DNA of 64,000 bases from Spirochaetia bacterium (GTDB taxonomy: Bacteria; Spirochaetota; Spirochaetia; CAKZLE01), in assembly GCA_963677595.1 (NCBI GenBank), contig OY782041.1, positions 1,120,001 to 1,184,000 on the forward strand. Direction: 5' to 3'. The position numbers and the translations under genes are program-made. This document shows, one piece after another, positions 29,832 to 40,308 of the stretch. Under the pieces are notes generated by a model that saw only the letters and a list, made by a program, of their open reading frames with translations, did no database searches and was not told the origin of the DNA. Position 1 is the stretch's first letter. Each line of letters starts with the position of its first letter.

Positions 29832-30296
29832 TCAGTACTCCCCCTTGATCACGAAGAAGGAGCCCCGGATCGTCCCGGCGAGTTTCGACTTCTGCCTGGC
29901 GAACTTGAACCGCCCTTCGAGTTCTGCGGGGATCTCCATCCCCTCGGAGAGCTTGAACCCGACCGCACGCTTCTTCGCATCATCAAGGGTGTACATCACG
30001 TTCACCGCCAACCCGTCCTCGTAGAAGATATAGGCGAAGGAGATGTTCTCCACCTGGAATCGGGACGTCTCGAGCGGTTTTGCGGCAAAGCTGATACCGC
30101 GTTCGGATTCGAGGACCTGCTTCACGTAGGCAACAGTCTCACCGCTCTCGGCTGCAGGCAGGGTCTCGAAGAGGTGCTTGTATTTGTTCATGAAGTACCT
30201 CGCCTCATTCGCCCGCAGACCGGCCAAGGCTTCAGCGACAGGAGAGGACTCCAGCCCGACGGTCGACACATCCTTGAAGTCTACGATATATGACAT
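29832..30296 (-). CDS. Conserved hypothetical protein
   Basis: Strong AGGAGG RBS, host-like codon usage; LAGLRANEARY motif. Confidence 0.75.
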   Translation of the reverse strand: MSYIVDFKDVSTVGLESSPVAEALAGLRANEARYFMNKYKHLFETLPAAESGETVAYVKQVLESERGISFAAKPLETSRFQVENISFAYIFYEDGLAVNVMYTLDDAKKRAVGFKLSEGMEIPAELEGRFKFARQKSKLAGTIRGSFFVIKGEY

Positions 30297-30367
30297 CTGA
30301 ACCTCCTTGCAGTATGCTGTATTCAATATAGGGATAGGATGCATCAGACGGCAAGCAGTACCTGAAG

Positions 30368-31072
30368 CTATGGCAGGAACGGGGCAGCACGGTCGATCAG
30401 CACCCCGATATACCCATAGTAGAGCAGGAGGATGACTACGAGAAAGGCGAATAGCCTGCGGTATCCCTTCGGGTCGGCCTTGTCCCAGCCTGCCCCCATC
30501 CTCCAGAGCACGAGGGAGTCTGAGACGGTGAGGACCAGCCCGGCGATCCCGAGGGAATCGAGACCTGAGACGAGTGCTGATACCGCCCCGGCTGCAAGCA
30601 CAGCCAGCCCGACGGCATAGACAGTGACCTGGAACCTGACCGTGTCGGGTATCACATAGGTATGCCGCAGCAGCAGGACCATCAGGATGACGGCTGCAGG
30701 ACCAAGGATTATCCCGATGATCGAGAAGCTGTCAACCAGGAGGACAACCCCGAGCGTGACGTTGACCATCAGGAACAGGACGCCGGCAGCCGTGACCGTC
30801 CAGGGAGTCTTTGCCTCAGGTGCTTCGGTTCTTGCCTCCACCACCTGGGAACCCTCGATCCCGATCTCCCCGAGCCCCATGGCCAGGAGGATCGAGCATT
30901 CGAGGAGGGCGAACCTTCCCGTCGTCATGAAGATGACTGCCGCCCCGCCCCAGAGCATGGCCGGGGTCGTGATGCGTTTGGCAAGGTAGAGCGTAGGTGA
31001 GGGATTCCTGAAATAGGTTAGCTGTATGATGAGGTTGGCGATGATGAGCAGTATCCAAAGAAGATGGAACAT
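30368..31072 (-). CDS. YhhN/lysoplasmalogenase-like membrane protein
   Basis: Multi-TM; VTVYAV and GLVLTVSDSLV motifs. Confidence 0.55.
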   Translation of the reverse strand: MFHLLWILLIIANLIIQLTYFRNPSPTLYLAKRITTPAMLWGGAAVIFMTTGRFALLECSILLAMGLGEIGIEGSQVVEARTEAPEAKTPWTVTAAGVLFLMVNVTLGVVLLVDSFSIIGIILGPAAVILMVLLLRHTYVIPDTVRFQVTVYAVGLAVLAAGAVSALVSGLDSLGIAGLVLTVSDSLVLWRMGAGWDKADPKGYRRLFAFLVVILLLYYGYIGVLIDRAAPFLP

Positions 31073-31125
31073 AGCTCATTATACTGCGAAGATTTTCCCA
31101 TTGTCCATGATTATATGGGATGAGC

Positions 31126-31542
31126 CTAATCGGGATCGACCTTTCCCCTGCGCTGCTTCTTCTCACTCTGCTTCCGTTTCGTGTCGAGCCTGCGCTGCTG
31201 GGCAGCCTTGGAGGGCTTGGTCTTCCTGCGCCGTTTCTGTTTCCTGAGGGCATCGGTGATCAGCATGGTCATGCGAATGACCGCCCGTTCCCGATTCTGG
31301 AGCTGGGAACGCTCCTCCTGTATCTGGATGAAGAGCTCACCATCACTGTTCATCCGGTTCTGGAGCTTTGTCTTGACCCGCTCCCGCTGTCCGTCATCAA
31401 GACAGGTCAGCAGGTCGGGATCGATGGTGAGCAGGACCTTCGAGTTCACCTTGTTGACATTCTGCCCTCCCGGCCCGCCGGAACGGGCAAAGGAGAAGCG
31501 TGCCTGCTGTGCGATCTCTTCACGAAGGCCTTCGGTCGTCAT
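31126..31542 (-). CDS. arfB: Alternative ribosome rescue peptidyl-tRNA hydrolase
   Basis: RSGGPGGQNVNKV, RSQLQN, basic C-terminal tail. Confidence 0.93.
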   Translation of the reverse strand: MTTEGLREEIAQQARFSFARSGGPGGQNVNKVNSKVLLTIDPDLLTCLDDGQRERVKTKLQNRMNSDGELFIQIQEERSQLQNRERAVIRMTMLITDALRKQKRRRKTKPSKAAQQRRLDTKRKQSEKKQRRGKVDPD

Positions 31543-31549
31543 GGTTCAC

Positions 31550-32014
31550 TTAATGGACGTGTCCGTGGTCGAGCTCCTCAGGGGTAGCCTCACGGACCGA
31601 GACGATCTCGATCTCGAAGTTGAGGACCTTGCCTGCCAGCGGGTGGTTGCCGTCGAGTACGACGGAATCCTCTTTCACCTCTGCGACCATGAGGACCTGG
31701 ATGGAACCGTCGGTGTTCTCAGCCTGGACCGGCATGCCGGCCTGGAGTTCCATATCTTCCGGGAAATGCTTCTTGTCTACCTCACCGACGAGCTGCTCAT
31801 TGTAGAGGCCGTACCCGTCCTCGGGCTTCACGGTGACTTCCAGTTTATCACCGGCAGCCTTCCCGGCGAGTTCCCTCTCGAGCCCGGGGATGATCATGCC
31901 CTTGCCGTAGATGAACGCCAGGGGGTCCTTGCCCTGGGATGAGTCGATGAGCTGCGCCTGGTCATCGGTCAGGCTGTAATGCATCGATACCACGCTGTTC
32001 TCTATAATATCCAT
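31550..32014 (-). CDS. slyD: FKBP-type peptidyl-prolyl isomerase SlyD
   Basis: IIPGLE, DGNHPLAGKVLNF, REATPEELDHGHVH; start 32014. Confidence 0.92.
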   Translation of the reverse strand: MDIIENSVVSMHYSLTDDQAQLIDSSQGKDPLAFIYGKGMIIPGLERELAGKAAGDKLEVTVKPEDGYGLYNEQLVGEVDKKHFPEDMELQAGMPVQAENTDGSIQVLMVAEVKEDSVVLDGNHPLAGKVLNFEIEIVSVREATPEELDHGHVH

Positions 32015-32150
32015 AGTTCTCTCTCCTTCGCATCGCACCTGTATTTCAGCCTCTGCCGAAGGGACAACACGTGTAGCTGCACCATAACAGGTATGGCTCA
32101 AAGTTAAAAGGGGAAAGACTGGGAATACGGGAAAGTATAGAGACACACCG

Positions 32151-32768
32151 TTATCGGGAGTGGCGCTCCTTCAGTACCCCGAGCACCTCTTCGAGCGTGT
32201 ATCCCTTCTGGGCTAACAGCACCAGGTAGTGGTAGACCAGGTCGGCAGCCTCACCTAAGAAGAGGTCCTTGTTGTCATCCTTCGCCTCGATCACCAGCTC
32301 GACGGCCTCCTCACCGACTTTCTGGGCGATCTTATTGACCCCCTTGTTGAAGAGGTGGTTGGTATAGGAACCCTCGACAGGGTTCTCCTTCCGGTCACGG
32401 ATGACCCCCTCGAGGTATGCGAGGAACTCGATCCCCTCATGGGCCTTCGGGTCATTGACCTCGGCGAAGCAGGTGTCATCCCCGAGGTGGCAGACCGGGC
32501 CTGCCGGCACTGCTGTCACCAGCAGGGTATCGCCATCGCAGTCGACTTTGATATCGCGGAGATTCAGGACGTTCCCAGAGGTCTCCCCCTTCGTCCAGAG
32601 CGTCTCCCGGCTCCGTGAGTAGAAGGTGACCAGCTTTGTCTCGAGTGTCTTAGCGAGGGACTCCTCGTTCATATAGGCGACCATCAGTACCTTCATGGTC
32701 ACCGCATCCTGCACGACCGCAGGGACTAATCCTTTTGAGAAATCGACTTCTCTGTCTCCAATCTTCAT
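32151..32768 (-). CDS. hisIE: Bifunctional PR-AMP cyclohydrolase/PR-ATP diphosphatase
   Basis: [21 protein letters not shown]...TCF, KVGEEA, EAADL. Confidence 0.96.
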   Translation of the reverse strand: MKIGDREVDFSKGLVPAVVQDAVTMKVLMVAYMNEESLAKTLETKLVTFYSRSRETLWTKGETSGNVLNLRDIKVDCDGDTLLVTAVPAGPVCHLGDDTCFAEVNDPKAHEGIEFLAYLEGVIRDRKENPVEGSYTNHLFNKGVNKIAQKVGEEAVELVIEAKDDNKDLFLGEAADLVYHYLVLLAQKGYTLEEVLGVLKERHSR

Positions 32769-32780
32769 AGTATGTTCTCC

Positions 32781-33533
32781 TTAGCGTACGTTCACGCCGT
32801 TATTTCGTATATAATCCTTCAGTTCCCTGATATCGATCTCATGGAAGTGGAAGATACTCGCGGCAAGCGCGGCATCGGCCTCCCCCTCGGTGAAGATATC
32901 GACGAAGTGGCTCATGGCTCCTGCGCCGCCGGAGGCGATCACGGGGATGGTAACCGCCCTGCCGACCTCTCGCGTGAGCTCGACTGCGAACCCGTCCTTC
33001 GTCCCGTCGTGGTCCATCGAGGTCAAGAGGATCTCCCCGGCTCCCCGTGCTTCCACTTCCCTGACCCACTCCAGGGTCTTCAGCCCGGTAGGGGTCCTCC
33101 CCCCATGGACGTAGACTTCCCAGAACTCGCCGTTGAACTTCGTGTCGACGGCGCAGACCACGCACTGGGACCCGAACTCCAGGGCCATGGCATCGATGAT
33201 GCCGGGGTTCCTCACCGCCTCGCTGTTGATCGATATCTTGTCTGCACCGGAGGAGAGCATGACATTCACGTCCTCTACGGTCCTGATGCCCCCGCCCACG
33301 GTGAACGGTATGTTGATATGCCGCGATATCCTCTTCACCAGTTCCGAGAGGGTCTTGCGCCGTTCGACGGTTGCCGTGATGTCGAGGAAGGTCAGCTCAT
33401 CAGCCCCTGCCTCGGCATAGAGGGCCCCGAGTTCCACCGGGTCACCGGCATCCCTGAGGTCGACGAAATTGACTCCCTTCACGGTCCTGCCGTCCTTGAT
33501 GTCGAGGCAGGGTATGATTCTCTTCGCTAACAT
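32781..33533 (-). CDS. hisF: Imidazole glycerol phosphate synthase cyclase subunit
   Basis: [32 protein letters not shown]. Confidence 0.97.
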   Translation of the reverse strand: MLAKRIIPCLDIKDGRTVKGVNFVDLRDAGDPVELGALYAEAGADELTFLDITATVERRKTLSELVKRISRHINIPFTVGGGIRTVEDVNVMLSSGADKISINSEAVRNPGIIDAMALEFGSQCVVCAVDTKFNGEFWEVYVHGGRTPTGLKTLEWVREVEARGAGEILLTSMDHDGTKDGFAVELTREVGRAVTIPVIASGGAGAMSHFVDIFTEGEADAALAASIFHFHEIDIRELKDYIRNNGVNVR

Positions 33534-33548
33534 GTTCTTTCCTCTCTC

Positions 33549-34298
33549 CTACAGGCAGTGGTGCTTGAAATCTGCAAGCTGCTTGAGGGTGATCCGTCCC
33601 TCGTAGATCGCCTTCCCGACGATGACCCCGGAGAGCCCAAGCTTATAGAGCTTGACCACATCCTTCATGGTGGTCACCCCGCCGCTGGCGATGAGCTCAA
33701 GCTTCGTGTAGCCAGACTCGATCACATACTCGGTGATGTTCCGGTAGAGTTCATATGAGGGTCCTTCGAGCATACCGTCCTTCGAGATCTCGGTGCTGAT
33801 GACCTTCCTGATGCCGTGCTTCATGTATGAGAGGATCAGCTCCTCCCCCCTGACATCCGAGGACTCCATCCAGCCGGAAACAGCCACCAGGCCGTTCTTC
33901 ACATCGGCTCCAAGGATCAGTCGGTCAGGTCCGTAGCGGTCGAACCAGTCAAGGAAGGTCCCAGGTTCCTTCACCGCGATACTCCCGCCGGTGACCATGG
34001 CAGCACCGCTCTCGAAGGCTATCTTTATATCCTCATCCTTCTTGATCCCGCCGCCGAAGTCGATGACCAGGGAGGTCTTGGAGGCTATCCGCTCCAGCAC
34101 GGGATAGTTCACGATCCCGCCGGACTTTGCCCCGTCCAGGTCGACGAGGTGGAGCCGTTTGAGTCCTGCATCCTCGATCTGCTTCGCGAACTCGAGCGGG
34201 TCCTCCCCGTAGACCTTCTTCTGGTCATAGTCTCCCTTGGTCAGGCGGACGCATGACCCGTCGATCAGGTCTATCGCCGGTATGATGTCGTATCCCAT
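33549..34298 (-). CDS. hisA: ProFAR isomerase
   Basis: IIPAIDL, HLVDLDGA, DFGGG, IASGGV. Confidence 0.95.
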   Translation of the reverse strand: MGYDIIPAIDLIDGSCVRLTKGDYDQKKVYGEDPLEFAKQIEDAGLKRLHLVDLDGAKSGGIVNYPVLERIASKTSLVIDFGGGIKKDEDIKIAFESGAAMVTGGSIAVKEPGTFLDWFDRYGPDRLILGADVKNGLVAVSGWMESSDVRGEELILSYMKHGIRKVISTEISKDGMLEGPSYELYRNITEYVIESGYTKLELIASGGVTTMKDVVKLYKLGLSGVIVGKAIYEGRITLKQLADFKHHCL

Positions 34299-34310
34299 CT
34301 CTTTAATCTC

Positions 34311-34910
34311 CTACTCGCAGACCCTGATGAAGTTCTCCAGGATCCTGGCCCCCACAGTCCCGCTCTTCTCAGGGTGGAACTGTACCCCGTAATAGTTATC
34401 GCGCTGCAGGGATGCGCTGAACGGCACGCTGTACCCGCAGACTGCAGCAGTATCATCCCCCACGGCAGCGTAGTAGCTGTGGACGAAGTAGACATACTCA
34501 TCGGTCTCGATCCCGTCAAAGAGCGGGGTACGCATAGACTCTAGCGTATTCCAGCCCATATGGGGGACTTTCAGGGTATCAGGGAACCTGCGAACCTGCT
34601 CGGAAAAGATCCCGAGGCATTCGGTATCGTTCTCCTCACTGTAGGAACACATCAGCTGCAGACCGAGGCATACCCCGAGGAACGGCTGCTCCAGCGAGCA
34701 GAGTACCTCATCGAGCCCATGCTCCCTGAGGTACTTCATCGCGGTGCTGGCCTCCCCGACCCCGGGGAAGATGACCTTGTCAGCATTCCGCAGTGCTGCG
34801 GGATCATCGGTGATCACCGGCTCGATCCCGAGCCTGTTCAGGGCACAGGTCATCGAACGGATGTTACCGGCATTGTACTTGACGATAGCGATCTGTGAAC
34901 TCATCAGCAT
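34311..34910 (-). CDS. hisH: Imidazole glycerol phosphate synthase glutaminase subunit
   Basis: FPGVG, GVCLGLQ, PHMGWN, FVHSY, QFHPEKS. Confidence 0.96.
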   Translation of the reverse strand: MLMSSQIAIVKYNAGNIRSMTCALNRLGIEPVITDDPAALRNADKVIFPGVGEASTAMKYLREHGLDEVLCSLEQPFLGVCLGLQLMCSYSEENDTECLGIFSEQVRRFPDTLKVPHMGWNTLESMRTPLFDGIETDEYVYFVHSYYAAVGDDTAAVCGYSVPFSASLQRDNYYGVQFHPEKSGTVGARILENFIRVCE

Positions 34911-34967
34911 AAAACTCCTTCTCTCTTACAGGGATCCCTGGCCTCACTACAGGGACCCCGAGGTCCC

Positions 34968-36104
34968 CTATAGTGAGCCCTTGGTTGACGGCAACCTCAT
35001 GTTATCGAGGTCCCGTGCAACAGCACCCTTGATCGCCCGTGCGAATCCCTTGAAGACCGCCTCGATGATGTGGTGGGAATTGTTCCCATGGGCGGATATA
35101 TTCAGGTTGCACCTCGCCTCATCGCTGAACGACTTGAAGAAATGGTAGAACATCTCCGAGGGGACATCCCCGATCATGTCCCGGGTGAACTCCACATCCC
35201 AGACCAGCCATGGGCGGCCCGAGAAGTCGATCGCCACCTGGGCGAGGGAGTCATCCATGGGCAGGAGGAAGCCGTACCGGCTGATGCCCCGCTTGTCCCC
35301 GAGCGCCTCGAGAAAGACCTTGCCTAACGTGAGGGCGGTATCCTCGACGGTGTGGTGCTCATCGACCTCAAGGTCCCCATCCACGTCGATGTGCAAGTCA
35401 CAGCCGGAATGCCGGGCGACCTGGTCGAGCATGTGGTCGAAGAAGTGGAGGCCGGTGGAGATCTCGGAAGACCCTGTCCCGTCCAGGTTCAGGTCTATGG
35501 ATATCTTCGTCTCCTTGGTCTCCCGCCTGCAGGAAGCAGTACGGGCAAGCAGCTTGCCCTGAAGGAAGCCCAGGACCTCCTTCCAGTCATCCGAAGCAAA
35601 GGCACACACTTCCCGGAGCTCCTCGTCAAGCGATGAGAGCTTCTCGGTTGTGGAGAACCAGACAGCTCTGCAGCCGAGGTTCTTCGCCAGCTGGAGGTCG
35701 GAGGTGCGGTCGCCGATCACGAAGGAGGAGGTCAGATCATAGGTGGTACCGTTCCCCTCGATGTACTCACCGAGCATCCCGGTCCCCGGCTTCCTCGTCC
35801 AGGCATGCTCCTCCGGCATCGTCGGGTCGATATGGATCGCATCGAACTCGAAACCCTCACCCTTCAGGGTCGAGAGCATATGGTTATGGACCGGCCAGAA
35901 GGTATCCTCCGGGAACGAGTCGGTCCCCAGCCCGTCCTGGTTGGTCACCATGACGAAGTGGGCATCGGTAGTCCTCCTCAACTGCGAGAGGGCGCCGATG
36001 ACACCCGGGACGAACGCATACTTGTCGTAGGAATCCACCTGGTAGTCTACCGGGGGCTCCTGGAGGATCACCCCGTCCCGGTCTATGAAGAGTATCGTTC
36101 TCAT
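34968..36104 (-). CDS. hisB: Bifunctional histidinol-phosphatase/IGP dehydratase
   Basis: FIDRDG HAD domain plus [21 protein letters not shown]. Confidence 0.96.
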   Translation of the reverse strand: MRTILFIDRDGVILQEPPVDYQVDSYDKYAFVPGVIGALSQLRRTTDAHFVMVTNQDGLGTDSFPEDTFWPVHNHMLSTLKGEGFEFDAIHIDPTMPEEHAWTRKPGTGMLGEYIEGNGTTYDLTSSFVIGDRTSDLQLAKNLGCRAVWFSTTEKLSSLDEELREVCAFASDDWKEVLGFLQGKLLARTASCRRETKETKISIDLNLDGTGSSEISTGLHFFDHMLDQVARHSGCDLHIDVDGDLEVDEHHTVEDTALTLGKVFLEALGDKRGISRYGFLLPMDDSLAQVAIDFSGRPWLVWDVEFTRDMIGDVPSEMFYHFFKSFSDEARCNLNISAHGNNSHHIIEAVFKGFARAIKGAVARDLDNMRLPSTKGSL

Positions 36105-37177
36105 AGTGTTCCCTCCAGTGACTTCATTGCTGTGAGCAGCTGCGTATTCTCAGCTTCTGAACCGATCGTGATCCTCACGCAGTTGGTGCAGCCGGCTTCA
36201 CGGGTCCGGTTCCGGATGATGATCCCCATCTCCTTGAGGGTCCCGTAGAGTCGGTCGGCATCAGTCACCTTGACCAGCACGAAATTGGCTGCCGACGGAT
36301 AGACCCGCTGGACATAGGGGATGCGTTCAAGCTCGTTCACTAAGCCCTCTCTCGAGGCGATGATCGTCTCGATCCCCTCCCTGACGGCGTCTACCTTGGA
36401 CAAGGCCGCAAGGGCTGTCTCCTGTGCCGGGCCGCTGATGTTGTAGGGGTACTTGATGTTCGTGAGCACCCCGATGAGCTCCTCATGGGCGAAGGCCATC
36501 CCCAGCCGGGCATTGGCAAGGCCCCAGGCTTTCGACAGGGTCCTCAGCACGACGAGGTTCTTGTACTCGCTGAGCAGCCCGAGGGTCGTCTCACGTGATG
36601 AGAAGTCCTGGTAGGCCTCATCCACCACGACGATCCCGGGGAAGAAATCCAGGATCTCCCTGATCGCCCCCAGGTCGATATCATTGGCGGTGGGGTTGTT
36701 CGGGGAACAGATGAAGATCAGCTTCAACGATGGCCCGTAGAGGGCCACGGTGTTCCTCACCCCCTCGACGTCCATCTGGAACTCATCATCGAGATCGACC
36801 GATACCATGGAGACCCCGTTGAGGTTGGCGAAGACCGAATAGACCCCGTAGGTCGGCGGCATGATCACCGCATTGTCCCTCCCCGGCTCGGTGAAGGCCC
36901 GGTAGAGGAGATCGATCGCCTCATCGCTCCCGTTACCGAGGAAGATGTGCTTCTCGTCGATCGAGAAGACCCGGGAGACTTCCCGCTTCACCGACCGCTG
37001 CAGCGGGTCTGGATACCGGTTCCTCCCGGCTCCTCCCACGAAATCCTGGTAGTTCTCGTTGGCGTCGAGGAAGACCTCCGCGGTGCCGGAGAACTCGCTC
37101 CGTGCCGAGGAGTAGGGTTTCATGTCTCGTATGTTGTCTCTCAGGAGTTCTGAGATGCTGAATTCTGTCCTGCTCAT
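36101..37177 (-). CDS. hisC: Histidinol-phosphate aminotransferase
   Basis: [31 protein letters not shown]. Confidence 0.96.
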   Translation of the reverse strand: MSRTEFSISELLRDNIRDMKPYSSARSEFSGTAEVFLDANENYQDFVGGAGRNRYPDPLQRSVKREVSRVFSIDEKHIFLGNGSDEAIDLLYRAFTEPGRDNAVIMPPTYGVYSVFANLNGVSMVSVDLDDEFQMDVEGVRNTVALYGPSLKLIFICSPNNPTANDIDLGAIREILDFFPGIVVVDEAYQDFSSRETTLGLLSEYKNLVVLRTLSKAWGLANARLGMAFAHEELIGVLTNIKYPYNISGPAQETALAALSKVDAVREGIETIIASREGLVNELERIPYVQRVYPSAANFVLVKVTDADRLYGTLKEMGIIIRNRTREAGCTNCVRITIGSEAENTQLLTAMKSLEGTL

Positions 37178-38484
37178 TTCACTTCTCCATCCTTCAGGGC
37201 ATCCAGCCGGATAGATACGGCTGCCTTGTGGGCGCCGAGTCCTTCCGCTGAAGCCATCGTCTCTATCGTCGGCCCCAGGTTCCTCAACCCTTCAGGGGTG
37301 ATCCTCTGGAAGGTGACCTTCCTGATGTAGCTGTCGAGGCTCACACCGGAATAGGACCTCGCCCAGCCGGAGGTCGGCAGCGTATGGTTCGTCCCCGAGG
37401 CATAGTCACCTGCAGATTCAGGTGTCCAGGCGCCGATGAAGACCGACCCGGCATGCTCGACCCGGGATAGCCATGCATCCGCATCCGCAATATTGAGGAT
37501 CAGGTGCTCGGGCGCATAGCGGTTCGAGATCCTGAACGCTTCCTCCAGCTCTTCCACGATGATGATGCTGCTGCTTGCCAGGGAAGCTACGGCATACTCC
37601 ACCCGGTTCAGGGCGGTAAGCTGCTGCTCTATCTCCGTGATGACATGGCCTGCCAGGGGTCGGCTGGTCGTCACCAGGAGTACCTGGCTGTCAGCCCCGT
37701 GTTCTGCCTGGCTGAGCAGGTCAGAAGCGACAATCGCGGGGTCTGCGGATTCATCCGCGATGACGAGCACCTCTGAGGGACCTGCCGGCATATCGATGGC
37801 GACCTGGTCAACGGAGACCAGCTGCTTGGCTTTCGTCACGAACTGGTTCCCTGGCCCGAAGATCTTGTCCACGGCAGGGACACTCTCGGTCCCGTAGGCC
37901 ATGGCCGCGATCGCCTGGGCTCCGCCGGAGGCGATGCAGGTGGTCACGCCGCTGATCTTGGCAGCATAGAGGATCGCGGGATTGATCTTCCCGTCAGCCC
38001 CTGCAGGGGATGCAAGCACGATCTCCCGGCATCCTGCGATCGATGCGGGGACCGCCAGCATGAGAACTGTCGAGAACAGCGGAGCCGTCCCGCCGGGTAT
38101 GTAGATCCCTACCCGCTCGACTGGTCGAACCTCTCTCCAGCAGGTCACTCCCACTTCGGTCTCGATCCGTTCTGAAACCGGCACCTGGGCAGCATGGAAA
38201 GCCTGTATATTCCCGTATGCCCGGTCGATAGCGGTCTTGAGGTCATCAGGGATGGCATCGGCTGCTGCGAGCAGCGCCTCCTCAGGGATGAGGACCGACT
38301 CGAGCTGTGCCGAGTCGAACTGCTTGGCGTAGTCCAGCAGTGCAGCATCTCCCTCTGCCCGTACCCGTGTGATGATCTCTTTGACGACCTGCTCGAGCTC
38401 ATCCCGCTCCTTCTGGGGCCGGGAGAGCAGCATCTCCAGTTCCTGCTGGGTCGGGTTCTCGTATATCCTGACAGCTGTGTTCAC
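37174..38484 (-). CDS. hisD: Histidinol dehydrogenase
   Basis: YIPGG, GPGN, MPAGPSE, SQAEH, PEHL, GTNH; GTG 38484 after GGAGG preferred over 38496. Confidence 0.96.
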   Translation of the reverse strand: MNTAVRIYENPTQQELEMLLSRPQKERDELEQVVKEIITRVRAEGDAALLDYAKQFDSAQLESVLIPEEALLAAADAIPDDLKTAIDRAYGNIQAFHAAQVPVSERIETEVGVTCWREVRPVERVGIYIPGGTAPLFSTVLMLAVPASIAGCREIVLASPAGADGKINPAILYAAKISGVTTCIASGGAQAIAAMAYGTESVPAVDKIFGPGNQFVTKAKQLVSVDQVAIDMPAGPSEVLVIADESADPAIVASDLLSQAEHGADSQVLLVTTSRPLAGHVITEIEQQLTALNRVEYAVASLASSSIIIVEELEEAFRISNRYAPEHLILNIADADAWLSRVEHAGSVFIGAWTPESAGDYASGTNHTLPTSGWARSYSGVSLDSYIRKVTFQRITPEGLRNLGPTIETMASAEGLGAHKAAVSIRLDALKDGEVK

Positions 38485-38504
38485 GTCTTCCTCCACACCA
38501 GGGG

Positions 38505-39383
38505 CTACAAGGTCATCTGCTCGATGCCGGTGACCAGGATCCCCTGGGCCCCGAGTGCCTTCAATGCCTCGAAGACATCCCAGAAGTCATCCTCCTGCAC
38601 CACGGTCTGGACCGAGCTCCAGCCAGCTTCCAGCAGGGGGGTAACCGTCGGGCTCTTCGCTGCCGATATGATAGCCTGGACTTCCTGTACCTTATCGGTC
38701 GGGAGGTTGAACAGGATGTATTTATAATGACGGGCCCGCATGACCGCATCGATCCTCAAGAGCAGCCGGTCGAGGATGAGCTGCTTCTCGGCACTCTCCT
38801 CAGCCAGTCCCTTCCTCGTGATCATCACGGCTGAGGACTTGTAGAGGACATCGACCTCCTTGAGGCCGTTGCTGATCAGGGTACTGCCCGTGCTCACGAT
38901 ATCGAAGATGGCATCGGTGAGCCCGATGGTCGGGGCGATCTCCACGGACCCGCTGATCTCGTGGATACCCGCGCTCACCCCCTGCTCTGCAAGGCAGTTC
39001 TTCAGGATGTTCGGGTAGGAGGTCGCGATCTGCCGCCCCTCGAGGGCTGAGAGCCCGGTGTACTCGAAACTGTTGGGGACGGCTATGGAGAGCCGGCACT
39101 TGGAGAATCCCAGGTCCCTGACGATCTCGACGTCGTAGCCCTTCTCATCCTTCTCATTCAGTCCCACGATCCCGATGTCGGCGATGCCGTCATAGACGTA
39201 GCCGGGGATGTCATCATCCCGGAGGTAGAGGAACTCTATCGGGAAGTTCTCCGCCTTCGATTTCAGGACCCTCGACCCGTTGTTGAAGTCGATCCCGCAC
39301 TGACTTATGATATCGAGTGATTTCTCACTCAATCTTCCACTCTTCTGTACTGCGACCCGCAGGACGGTATTGCTGGTAAACAT
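38505..39383 (-). CDS. hisG: ATP phosphoribosyltransferase, long form
   Basis: AVQKSGRL, RDDDIP, GSVEIAP, DIVSTG and C-terminal regulatory domain; ATG 39383 after GGAGGA. Confidence 0.96.
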   Translation of the reverse strand: MFTSNTVLRVAVQKSGRLSEKSLDIISQCGIDFNNGSRVLKSKAENFPIEFLYLRDDDIPGYVYDGIADIGIVGLNEKDEKGYDVEIVRDLGFSKCRLSIAVPNSFEYTGLSALEGRQIATSYPNILKNCLAEQGVSAGIHEISGSVEIAPTIGLTDAIFDIVSTGSTLISNGLKEVDVLYKSSAVMITRKGLAEESAEKQLILDRLLLRIDAVMRARHYKYILFNLPTDKVQEVQAIISAAKSPTVTPLLEAGWSSVQTVVQEDDFWDVFEALKALGAQGILVTGIEQMTL

Positions 39384-39412
39384 CTGTTCCTCCATATGCT
39401 ACAGGTAAAGCC

Positions 39413-39442
39413 AAAAAAAAATCTCCACATGAATTGCGGAGA
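39413..39442 (-). terminator. his attenuator (intrinsic terminator)
   Basis: Minus strand TCTCCGCA-ATTCA-TGTGGAGA followed by T9. Confidence 0.85.
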
Positions 39443-39482
39443 CTTCCCGGTATTAAACCATTATCAAACGCACTTCATGTGT

Positions 39483-39536
39483 TCACGAGAAGAGAGAATG
39501 ATGATGATGGATTCGTTTAACTGTATAATTATTCAT
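39483..39536 (-). CDS. hisL: his operon leader peptide MNNYTVKRIHHHHSLFS
   Basis: 17-codon ORF with four consecutive CAT codons directly upstream of the antiterminator/terminator and hisG. Confidence 0.85.
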   Translation of the reverse strand: MNNYTVKRIHHHHSLFS

Positions 39537-39543
39537 TACGTAT

Positions 39544-39573
39544 ACCATACCTAAATAGGAAGAAGAAAGTCAA
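39544..39573 (-). promoter_or_regulatory. Putative his promoter
   Basis: TTGACT, 18 nt, TATGGT; 7 nt upstream of the leader ATG. Confidence 0.55.
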
Positions 39574-39595
39574 GAGATGAAAACCGATAGTATCA

Positions 39596-40195
39596 CTATT
39601 CAGCGGCTTCCCCGCTGTTCACATGGGTTCGTATTGCCTTGATGACCAGGATCAGCCCATAGGCGAAGATGATGAACCCGACGACCCGGATGATGGTCAT
39701 GCCGATCTCCTGGGGCATGGTGAATATAAGGAAGGCAAGCAGCAGGGAGATCACGATCTCGATGATGTATCCCAGGATGGGGTAATCGACCTTCTTCATC
39801 TCTATGGCAAGGTAGGTCTGCAGCCCTGCTGAGCCGAGCAGGCCGACAGCCAGGATATAGAGGGTGAAGGTCCAGGTGATCTTGATGAAGAGGATCGGCA
39901 TCAGGATGGCTACCGCACCGATTCCCAGGGAGACCAAGCCGCGGATGACCATGGCTTTCTTGATGCTGCCGGAGAGGTTCGTCTTGAACGAGGTCACGAC
40001 GACCACGATCCCGTTGACGATCGCATAGATACCGATAGCCACTGCGAGAAACATGGTAAAATCTTTTGTCTGAAAGAAGATGAACGCACCGACTATCATC
40101 GTGCACATACCGATCGTCAGTCTCTGCATCCATGCTTTATCTGTGAACATCAGCGAGGCTCCCCATGACTTTGTTTGATTGGACACTACTCCCAT
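39596..40195 (-). CDS. HdeD/DUF308-like membrane protein
   Basis: Six TM segments with repeated GIYAIVNG/GLVSLGIG pattern. Confidence 0.7.
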   Translation of the reverse strand: MGVVSNQTKSWGASLMFTDKAWMQRLTIGMCTMIVGAFIFFQTKDFTMFLAVAIGIYAIVNGIVVVVTSFKTNLSGSIKKAMVIRGLVSLGIGAVAILMPILFIKITWTFTLYILAVGLLGSAGLQTYLAIEMKKVDYPILGYIIEIVISLLLAFLIFTMPQEIGMTIIRVVGFIIFAYGLILVIKAIRTHVNSGEAAE

Positions 40196-40308
40196 ACACC
40201 TGATTAAACAAAATACCTGTACGATGGTTTCAAAATACCTGAAAATATTTATAATCTATAAGAGATACAAACTGTTGATTATCAAACGCCCTGTATGAAG
40301 GAGTCTTT

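Noticed and set aside
29832-30296. Prophage remnant (as I recall, this family is sometimes labelled phage tail protein)
   Set aside because: Isolated gene, host-like codon usage, no phage genes around
34966-34977. T7 promoter-like CTCACTATAGGG on the minus strand
   Set aside because: Only the 3' half matches; it is simply the last hisB codons and stop
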